Assembly (NCBI GenBank): GCA_963841915.1
Contig: CAWJEN010000006.1
Span: 288,001 to 352,000 of the forward strand
Direction: 5' to 3'
From: an uncultured Planctomycetota bacterium
Lineage (GTDB): Bacteria; Planctomycetota; Phycisphaerae; Tepidisphaerales; Tepidisphaeraceae
Length of the DNA stretch: 64,000 bases
Every line of letters starts with the position of its first letter. Position 1 is the first letter of the stretch. Shown in pieces: positions 49,116 through 56,736 of this stretch. Made by a program: the position numbers and the translations under genes. Below the pieces are notes generated by a model that searched no databases, had not been told where the DNA came from, and saw only the letters and a list, made by a program, of their open reading frames with translations.

Positions 49116-49749
49116 CGTCTGCCACCTGCTGTTTCGGCGGCTCGGGCGCGACGAGGCTCAACACCAGGATCAGTCCCACCCCCACGCACAGATACACGTC
49201 GGCAAAGTTGAAGACCCACGGAAACACCTCGCTGTCCCAAAACCGTTTGTTGATCGACGACCACCGCACGCCCGGCAGCATGTGCAGCATGTCCCGCACA
49301 TACCCGTGCACCACGCGGTCGTAAAGATTGCCCACGATGCCCGCCAGCAGGAGCGCCAGCGTCACGCGATAGACGCGACCGGCCACGCGGCCACTCCGCA
49401 GCGTCGGCGGCGGACCGCGCAGGCTGTGGGCAAAGAACAGCGACACCGCCACGACCGCCACCACGCCGACGATGAGAAACAGCGACCGTTTGCCCTGCCC
49501 CAGCCCCATGGCCGCCCCCTGATTGGCGACGGCTGTCAGGTCGAGCCCGCTCGGGATCACGTTCACGTGCGGCATCGGTTGCGGGTACAGCGTCACACGC
49601 CCGTCGACCCAACGGTCGTCAACGCCGAAGTAGTCCCACGCAGCCGCCTTCGTCCAGAGATCAACAGCCAAAGCCGTCGTGATGACCACGAGCGCGATCA
49701 CGACCGGCCCTGTCCATCGTCGCGTGGTTGTCGGCGTTGCATCGCTCAC
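49108..49749 (-). CDS. lspA: Lipoprotein signal peptidase II
   Basis: DLWTK, NQGAAMG, GNLYDR, FNFAD. Confidence 0.9.
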   Translation of the reverse strand: MSDATPTTTRRWTGPVVIALVVITTALAVDLWTKAAAWDYFGVDDRWVDGRVTLYPQPMPHVNVIPSGLDLTAVANQGAAMGLGQGKRSLFLIVGVVAVVAVSLFFAHSLRGPPPTLRSGRVAGRVYRVTLALLLAGIVGNLYDRVVHGYVRDMLHMLPGVRWSSINKRFWDSEVFPWVFNFADVYLCVGVGLILVLSLVAPEPPKQQVADGE

Positions 49750-49908
49750 GGGACCATCACCCTATGACAACGTGTTCCGCAGCACCTGCAGCCTCACGAC
49801 TGACGCACCTGGTCGCCGGTTGACCGCCAGGTTTCACTATCTCGCGTCAGACCGTCGGCCGCACTTTGACCCTTCACGAAAGCGGGTCGGCCGATTAGCG
49901 TGAATTGC

Positions 49909-50901
49909 ATGAACGAGACGATCCCAAACACCCCGACCCGTCGAAACGTGCTCGCCGGCCTTCCCGCCGTTGCGGCCGGATTGGGGGCGTTCGGCGTCAC
50001 CGCCGCCGCCTCGGCCGACGATCACGCCGAGCCCGGTGGCATGAAGACGCACAAGAAGCTCATGAGCGTCCTCAGCTCCATGCACGACGGCAGCGAGTAC
50101 ACCCTGCCGCCCCTGCCGTACGCCTACGACGCCGTCTCCGACGCCATTGACGAGCAGACGATGCGGCTGCACCACGACAAGCACCACATGGGCTACGTCA
50201 CCGGCCTCAACAAGGCGACTGCCGCCTTGGACGAGGCGACGAAGAATGCCGACGCGCCGCTCGTCAGTGGCCTTAGCCGCGACTTGTCCTTCAACTACGG
50301 CGGCCACGTCCTGCACTCGATCTTCTGGGCCACCATGGGCCCGTGCGAGGACGGCGCTATGGGTGGCAAGCCGATTGGCGCGCTGGCGACGGCCATCGAC
50401 AAGAGCTTCGGTTCTTTCGACGGCTTCGTCACCCTCTGGACCAAAGTCGCCGGCACCGTCAAGGGCAGCGGCTGGGTCCAGCTCGTCTTCGACCCGGTTG
50501 CCGTCCGCCTCAACGTCGTCGGCGTGACCGATCACGACTTGGGCTTCACGCCCGGTGCCATGCCGCTGCTGCCACTGGACATCTGGGAGCACGCTTTCTA
50601 CCTGAAGTACCAGAACAAGAAGGCCGACTACGTCAAGGCCCACCTGACCGTCGTCGACTGGTCGTGCGTCGGCGCGTTGTACGAGATGGTCAGCGCCCCT
50701 ACCAGCGGGCTTAGCAAAACGGGCAGTTACTCCCACGGCAACGCCACTTCAGTGGCTTTGCCTTCTTTTTGTCGACCGCCACGGCCACGCCGTTGGCCGC
50801 CGCAGGGGCATCGACGCCGTATGCGACGACGTGAAACAGCTGTTCGACAAGGAATAGTGGGCGACGCGGCTGTGTCGCTGGGGATGTCTAACGCGTTATA
50901 A
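49909..50901 (+). CDS. Fe/Mn superoxide dismutase with a TAT signal; true end probably near 50714
   Basis: TRRNVL; LPPLPYAYDA, HHDKHH, FNYGGH, GSGW, DIWEHAFY. Confidence 0.9.
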   Translation: MNETIPNTPTRRNVLAGLPAVAAGLGAFGVTAAASADDHAEPGGMKTHKKLMSVLSSMHDGSEYTLPPLPYAYDAVSDAIDEQTMRLHHDKHHMGYVTGLNKATAALDEATKNADAPLVSGLSRDLSFNYGGHVLHSIFWATMGPCEDGAMGGKPIGALATAIDKSFGSFDGFVTLWTKVAGTVKGSGWVQLVFDPVAVRLNVVGVTDHDLGFTPGAMPLLPLDIWEHAFYLKYQNKKADYVKAHLTVVDWSCVGALYEMVSAPTSGLSKTGSYSHGNATSVALPSFCRPPRPRRWPPQGHRRRMRRRETAVRQGIVGDAAVSLGMSNAL

Positions 50902-51151
50902 GGCAACGGCAAAGCGGCGTGTGGCGTGGCCCGATGCGGTACTTGACTTGACCGAACAACTGGCTACCCTTCGCGGCCATCGACGGAGGCGTCTCGCCGG
51001 AGCGTCTCTTGCATCGGTATCAGGCAGCGGGGGTCACGCAACTATTGGGTGGCTCACGACTGATGCCGGCACGCCGGGCAACGTCACCTCGAACCGTCGA
51101 GACCGGGCGACGCCCGCCTCCCCTGTTCGGCGATCTACTTCCGAGGTACGT

Positions 51152-52132
51152 GTGGCCAAAAGCGTCAAGAAGACAACGAAGAAGGCTCCCGTCAAGGCGG
51201 CCAAGTCTGTGAAATCGGCCAAGACGGCCAAGAAGCCCGTCGCCGCCAAGACGTCGAAAACGGCGACGGTCGCTAAAAGCGTCAAGGCGTCTAAGCCCGC
51301 GCCTGCCGCCAAGACGTCGGTGAAGAAGGTCGCCAAAGCTCCGGCCAGGGAGACCGCTTCGGCCAAGAAGGTCGCTGCGGTGAAAAAAGTAGCTACGGGG
51401 AAGAAAGTCGCTAAAAAGGCTCAGCCGAAGAAGGTTAGCAAGGCGGCCAAGGTGACGACGGCCAAGCCCAAGGCAAAAGTCGCCTCGGGCAAGCCGGCCA
51501 AGGTCGCTACGCCGCAGAAGGACGCCGCCAAGTCGGCTGCGAAGAAAGCACCTGCGAAGAAGGCACCGGCCAAGAAAGCTCCCGCCAAGAAGTCGGCCAA
51601 GGCGGCCAAAGCCGTCGAAGAGGTTGTCGAGGCTCCAAGGAAGCAACCACCACCCAAGCCCGCACCGAGCGGTTTGAGCTTCCTGGCGGGCAAGCCCGGC
51701 AGCAGCGGCAACGAGCAGAGCGAGATCATCGAAAAGCCGCACCTCACCGTCACCAAGCTGCCGACGAAGGACCTGGAGCGGTTCCGCGACCTGCTCCACG
51801 ACCACCGCCGCCGCCTGCTGGGTGACATCGAGGGCATGGAGAAGGAAGCCCTGCAAGGCGAGGGCAGCAACCTCAGTACGCTGCCGCTGCACATGGCCGA
51901 CATGGGCACCGACAATTACGAGCAGGAGTTCACGCTGTCGCTGGCCGACCGTGGCCGCCGCGTCATCGAAGAAATCGATCACGCGTTGAACAAGATCGAG
52001 TCCAACACCTACGGCATCTGCGAGGGAACCGGCCAGATGATCGCCAAGGCACGCCTGCAGGCCCAGCCGTGGGTGCGGTACAGCATCGAGTACGCCCGCA
52101 ACCAAGGCCGTCACAACGGTCGCCGGGCGTAG
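51152..52132 (+). CDS. DksA/TraR-family protein with a histone H1-like Lys/Ala-rich N-terminus
   Basis: About 170 aa of K/A/P-rich sequence; HMADMGTD; YGICEGTG..I...RL.A.PW. Confidence 0.88.
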   Translation: MAKSVKKTTKKAPVKAAKSVKSAKTAKKPVAAKTSKTATVAKSVKASKPAPAAKTSVKKVAKAPARETASAKKVAAVKKVATGKKVAKKAQPKKVSKAAKVTTAKPKAKVASGKPAKVATPQKDAAKSAAKKAPAKKAPAKKAPAKKSAKAAKAVEEVVEAPRKQPPPKPAPSGLSFLAGKPGSSGNEQSEIIEKPHLTVTKLPTKDLERFRDLLHDHRRRLLGDIEGMEKEALQGEGSNLSTLPLHMADMGTDNYEQEFTLSLADRGRRVIEEIDHALNKIESNTYGICEGTGQMIAKARLQAQPWVRYSIEYARNQGRHNGRRA

Positions 52133-52368
52133 GGCGTTGCGCCGCCGCGGCCGCCGTCGCGCACGTGATGGCGCGTCTCACCGTGAAGTACCCACGCCGG
52201 AAAGTCGCGTGCAGCGCGTGTAATTGCTGCACGCTGCGGCTCGCAACGACCCGCAGCAGCGACGATCCGCCGACGACTGTGCACGAGCCGACAGAGGTCG
52301 GATGAGCAGTTTCGTCGGTCGATGATGCGTCCAAAACCTTCGCCGCAAGGCGCCAGACGGGTTGGCGA

Positions 52369-52384
52369 TGTTCCACGTGGAACA
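52369..52384. promoter_or_regulatory. parS site (perfect palindrome)
   Basis: TGTTCCACGTGGAACA. Confidence 0.92.
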
Positions 52385-52445
52385 TTCTGCCTTCCGCCGA
52401 CGCCCCAGCACCCATTTGGCCGCCGCCGCGCATCGCCAAATGCGG

Positions 52446-53324
52446 CTACGGCGAGACGAACTCGACATCACCGGCGGGCTCAACAAATCCCTGTTCGGCC
52501 CCTTCGGCGAGGAATCGACGGATCGCCTCGCGACCGCGGTCGCCGTAGTCGATCGTCCAGTCGTTGACGTACATGCCCACAAACTCGTCGGCGAGCTCGT
52601 GGTCGAGCCCGCGGCCGTACTTGAGGCTGTGGGCGACGCTGACTTGGCGGTGGTCGAGGCTGTATTGGATGGAGTCGCGGAGCACACGCGTGACTTCCTT
52701 CATTGAGCCTTCGCCGTGCTGCTCATCAAGGCTCTTGAGGATGCAGTTGCCCCCCAGCGGCAGCGGCAAACCCGTGCGGTCCTGCCACCAGACGCCCAAG
52801 TCGGCAATGAGGTGCAGCCCCATGTCCTTGTACGTCAGCTGCCCTTCGTGAATCAGCAGGCCGACGTCGCACCGGCCGCTCAGGACCGCGTCGGGTATCT
52901 CGTCGAACATGACGACCTCGTAGTCGAACGCCTCACCCGCCTTGCCGAGGCAAAGCTGGCACGCCAGGAACGCACTCGTCAGCGTGCCGGGGACGGCGAT
53001 CTTGAGCTTTTTATTCTTGAGGTCGTCGAGCGACATCTCGGTCTTGCTGACAAGCCGCGGGCCGTAGCCGTCACCCATAGAGCTACCGCAGGACGTGAGG
53101 GCATACTTGTCAGCCACCAGCGGATAGCTGGCGATGCTGATGGCTGTCAGTTCGAGCTCGCCGTTGCGGGCGCGGTCGCTGAGCGTCTGGATGTCCTGCA
53201 GCACGTGGTTGAACCGCCACCGCCCCGCCTCCACGAGCGGCGGCTCATGCGTCAGGGCGTAGAACATAAACGCGTCGTCAGGATCGGGACTGTGGCCCAG
53301 TTGCAGCGTGACTTGGTCGGACAT
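52446..53324 (-). CDS. mqnD: 1,4-dihydroxy-6-naphthoate synthase (futalosine menaquinone pathway)
   Basis: LGHSPDPDDAFMFYAL, GDGYGP, LIHEGQLTY, LPLPLGG, GMYVN. Confidence 0.88.
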   Translation of the reverse strand: MSDQVTLQLGHSPDPDDAFMFYALTHEPPLVEAGRWRFNHVLQDIQTLSDRARNGELELTAISIASYPLVADKYALTSCGSSMGDGYGPRLVSKTEMSLDDLKNKKLKIAVPGTLTSAFLACQLCLGKAGEAFDYEVVMFDEIPDAVLSGRCDVGLLIHEGQLTYKDMGLHLIADLGVWWQDRTGLPLPLGGNCILKSLDEQHGEGSMKEVTRVLRDSIQYSLDHRQVSVAHSLKYGRGLDHELADEFVGMYVNDWTIDYGDRGREAIRRFLAEGAEQGFVEPAGDVEFVSP

Positions 53325-53343
53325 GTCCATCGACCGTAGCGGA

Positions 53344-53359
53344 CGTTCCACGTGGAACT
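53344..53359. promoter_or_regulatory. parS site (14-bp core)
   Basis: cGTTCCACGTGGAACt. Confidence 0.8.
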
Positions 53360-53470
53360 TCAGATCGAACGAAAGCGGGTAACGCCTGGCCAGTCGAAGA
53401 TGAGCATCAGAATGTTGATGCCGTCGATTAAGATGTGGGCTCCCTGCCGCGTCGTGGGGGTGGAGCCCTT

Positions 53471-54721
53471 ATGAACCATCGCCTGAACCTTTCTGTTGCC
53501 TTCGTTGTCACGTCGCTCGCCGTACCCGCCTTCGGGCAGGCGACGCGGCCAGCGCCCTATGGCGGTCTGACACAGGGCATGACGCCGCTCGACCCTTACG
53601 GCAACAGCGGCCAACCCGTCGACGCGCCGCAGGTCGAACCGACACCCGCGCCCACCGACGGCAATGCCATCGACCTCGTGATCCTGCTCGATACAAGCGG
53701 TTCGATGAGCGGCCTCATCGACCAGGCGAGGGCTCAGCTCTGGTCGATCGTCAACCGCGCCGCCAGCGGTGAGCGGGACGGCAACCCCGTCGTGCTCCGC
53801 GTGGCTGTCTTCGAGTACGGCAACGACAGGCTGCCCGTCGGTGAGAACTATGTCCGCCAACTCGTGCCGCTGACCGACAATCTCGACGCCGTCAGTGCTG
53901 CCCTGTTCAGCCTCACGACCGACGGCGGCAGCGAGTACTGCGGCGCTGTCATCGACGACGCCCTCGGCACCCTCGACTGGGCCAAGGGTGACGACGCGTA
54001 CCGCACGATCTTCATTGCCGGAAACGAGCCCTTTACCCAAGGCCCGATCGATTATCGCCTGGCCGTGGGAGAAGCCAAGGGTCGCGGCATCGTCGTCAAC
54101 ACCATCCACTGCGGCGATGCAGAGACCGGGCGGGCCGGCTCCTGGGTCGACGGCGCAACCGCAGGCGGAGGCGAAGCCTTCAACATCGACCACGACCGCT
54201 CGGCCGTTCCCGTCATCATTTGCCCGCAGGACGAACGGCTCATCGAACTCGGTGCAAAGCTGAACGAAACGTACCTGTGGTACGGCGACAGAGACTTCCG
54301 CTCCGGTAACAGCTTCAACCAGGTAACGGGAGATGCCCGTGCACTCGAACAAGCCCCGTCGGTCGCTGCCGATCGCGTGGCGTCCAAAGCGGGGAACGCT
54401 TACCGCAACGTCGGCCGTGACCTGGTCGACACCTTTGCCGATGATCCCGAAGCGTTGGACGACGTCGCAAAAGACGAGTTGCCCGAGGTCATGCAGGAGA
54501 TGACCGAGGAAGAACGGGTCGAGCACCTCAAGAAGACGGCCGCAGAGCGAAAAGCCCTGCAGGACGAGGTAGCCACGCTCTCTGCCGAGCGGGCAACGTA
54601 CATGGCAAGCCAACTGGCCAAGCGGGCCGAGGCCGGTGAGGAGACGCTGGGCGGTGCGATCGTCGAGGCGATCGAGCGGCAGATGAAAGCGATCGGATTC
54701 ACCGTTGAAGATGGCCAATGA
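53471..54721 (+). CDS. Secreted von Willebrand factor A domain protein
   Basis: Signal peptide; MIDAS motif LLDTSGSM; GGSEYCG, IAGNEPF. Confidence 0.88.
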   Translation: MNHRLNLSVAFVVTSLAVPAFGQATRPAPYGGLTQGMTPLDPYGNSGQPVDAPQVEPTPAPTDGNAIDLVILLDTSGSMSGLIDQARAQLWSIVNRAASGERDGNPVVLRVAVFEYGNDRLPVGENYVRQLVPLTDNLDAVSAALFSLTTDGGSEYCGAVIDDALGTLDWAKGDDAYRTIFIAGNEPFTQGPIDYRLAVGEAKGRGIVVNTIHCGDAETGRAGSWVDGATAGGGEAFNIDHDRSAVPVIICPQDERLIELGAKLNETYLWYGDRDFRSGNSFNQVTGDARALEQAPSVAADRVASKAGNAYRNVGRDLVDTFADDPEALDDVAKDELPEVMQEMTEEERVEHLKKTAAERKALQDEVATLSAERATYMASQLAKRAEAGEETLGGAIVEAIERQMKAIGFTVEDGQ

Positions 54722-54745
54722 GCCTGCCCACGACCTTCTACTTCT

Positions 54746-54773
54746 AAACGGCCGTTTACAAACGGCCGTTTAC
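54746..54773. promoter_or_regulatory. Tandem palindromic operator upstream of tetR
   Basis: (AAACGGCCGTTTAC)x2 overlapping TTTACA-17 nt-TAGGCT. Confidence 0.75.
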
Positions 54774-54794
54774 GTCGTAGGCTGCGAATGATGT

Positions 54795-55466
54795 ATGGTG
54801 GCATCGACCGCACCAACTCCCAAGGCAGAAGCGGACGACGTCCGCGACCGCCTGCTCAAGGCGGCCGGGAAGGAGTTTGCGGCCAAGGGATTCGAACCGG
54901 CCAGCGTTCGAGCGATGTGTTCCGCCGCCGGGGCCAACGTCGCAGCCGTGAAGTACTACTTCGGCAGCAAGGAAGGGCTCTACGCCGCCGTCTGGGAAGC
55001 GGCCGTCGAACGCACCGTCAGCCACAAGTGCATGCCGGAGTTCGACACCCGGGGAGGCGACAATCTCAGCGATCCGGAGGCGGCATTACAGGCCTTTGTG
55101 CTGTGGTTCGTCGACCTGATGCTCTACCAGGACGTTCGCGCCACACCGTCGATGGGGCACTTGCTGTCGCACGAAATGCTCTGCCCCACGCCCGGCGGCA
55201 TCGACACCTTCATGAACCGCTGCTGCAAGCCGATCATGAGCCAGCTCCGGCAGATCATCCGGGCGATGGTCGGGCCCAGAGCCAGCGACCGGCTCGTCCG
55301 TCAGCTCGCCACGCACGTCATCGGCTTGTGCGTCCACCCGCATCAATCCCGCGAGATCCAGACGCGCGTCGGCGTCCCGCTGCCCCGCAGCAAGCCGACG
55401 CTCCGTCGCCTCGCGCTGGACATCAGTCGCTTTGCCACCGCCGGGATCAAAGCGTTCGCGACCTAG
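54795..55466 (+). CDS. TetR/AcrR-family regulator (CecR-like)
   Basis: RLLKAAGKEFAAKGF...ANVAAVKYYFGSKEGLY. Confidence 0.92.
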   Translation: MVASTAPTPKAEADDVRDRLLKAAGKEFAAKGFEPASVRAMCSAAGANVAAVKYYFGSKEGLYAAVWEAAVERTVSHKCMPEFDTRGGDNLSDPEAALQAFVLWFVDLMLYQDVRATPSMGHLLSHEMLCPTPGGIDTFMNRCCKPIMSQLRQIIRAMVGPRASDRLVRQLATHVIGLCVHPHQSREIQTRVGVPLPRSKPTLRRLALDISRFATAGIKAFAT

Positions 55467-55551
55467 TCGAGTTGCTTTCGTCGTTTTCAGCCGCGCGTGC
55501 ACTGCACGCGCGGCTCGTACACATCCAAGCCGTCTTTCCTCTCTGCCACTT

Positions 55552-56736
55552 ATGACTTCGTCCGCCGAACCGCGTTCACCCAAAGATCAACGCAGGCGGC
55601 TTGTCATCCGCTGGACGACTCGTCTCGGCGTCGTCGCCTTATGCGCAGGCTTACTTGCCGGCGCGATGGCTCTGCGGCAGAACGGCATTGATGCGAAGCA
55701 GCAGGCAGCAGCGGCACGAGCCACGCCGCCGTTGCTCGTCCGCGTGGCACCCGCCGTCGCCGCCGAGGGGTACACCGTCGGTCGCTCATTCGTCGGTCGC
55801 GTCGAAGCCGGTCGACGCACGATGGCAGCATTCGAGCTGGTCGGCGTCGTTACCAGCGTCGGCCCCGATGACGGTGACCTCGTCTTGCAAGGTGATGTCA
55901 TCGCCGAGCTCGACACGGCCAAGTTCGAGGCGAGTCGGCAGGAGCTGCGGGCACGACTCAAGGTCGCCGAAGCCGACGCCGCCAACGCAAGACAGAGCTT
56001 CGACCGCACCACCGAAGCCGCCGAGCTGGATGCCGTGTCGGCTCAAAGCGTTGACGACGCGCAGCAACGCCTCGACGCCGCCGACGCCCAGGTTGATGTA
56101 GCCAATGCCGCCCTGGCTTCTGTGCAGGTCGACCTCGACAGGTCGCAGCTTTTGGCCCCGTACGACGCCGTCGTCGCTACGCGCATGATCGACGAGGGCG
56201 ACGTCGTTTCGCCGGGCATGGCAGCCTTCGAGCTGCTCGATCGCAACGCGCCCGAAGCTCGCATCGGCTTGGCGGGACCAGCTGTAGAAGCCGTCGAGGT
56301 AGGTCAGCAGCACTTCGTCACCGTCGGCACAGAACGCGTCGCGGCAACCGTTCGCCGCGTCATGCCCTCGCGCGATGACCTGTCGCGCACTGTCGACGCG
56401 ATCCTCGTCCTCGACCGGCCACTTGACGGCATTCGTCGCGGTGACTTGGTGACGCTCGACCTGCAGACGCCGATCGCGTCCAGCGGCTTCTCGCTGCCGT
56501 TGAGCGCCTTGACCGAGGGCACGCGCGGGCTGTGGTCCTGCTACGTCGCCGAGCCGACAGACAAGGTCGAAGACGCCACGCACATCATCCGCCGTCGCGA
56601 GCTGCAGTTGCTTCACCAGAGCGGCGACCGCGTCTACGTCCGCGGTACGTTGCAGCCGGGCGACCTCTTCGTCACCGACGGCATCCACCGCCTCGTGCCC
56701 GGCCTGCCCGTGCGGATCGAGCAGGTGAGCCGATGA
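55552..56736 (+). CDS. RND efflux periplasmic adaptor (MFP)
   Basis: N-terminal TM, lipoyl halves GDLVLQGDVIAELD and LLAPYDAVV, coiled hairpin. Confidence 0.9.
   Translation: MTSSAEPRSPKDQRRRLVIRWTTRLGVVALCAGLLAGAMALRQNGIDAKQQAAAARATPPLLVRVAPAVAAEGYTVGRSFVGRVEAGRRTMAAFELVGVVTSVGPDDGDLVLQGDVIAELDTAKFEASRQELRARLKVAEADAANARQSFDRTTEAAELDAVSAQSVDDAQQRLDAADAQVDVANAALASVQVDLDRSQLLAPYDAVVATRMIDEGDVVSPGMAAFELLDRNAPEARIGLAGPAVEAVEVGQQHFVTVGTERVAATVRRVMPSRDDLSRTVDAILVLDRPLDGIRRGDLVTLDLQTPIASSGFSLPLSALTEGTRGLWSCYVAEPTDKVEDATHIIRRRELQLLHQSGDRVYVRGTLQPGDLFVTDGIHRLVPGLPVRIEQVSR

Noticed and set aside
50980..51100. SRP (4.5S) RNA
   Set aside because: The conserved domain IV sequence with its GGAA tetraloop is absent.
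52133..52445. Small Cys-rich ORF (MARLTVKYPRRKVACSACNCC) after dksA
   Set aside because: No SD or codon support; likely intergenic sequence around the parS site.
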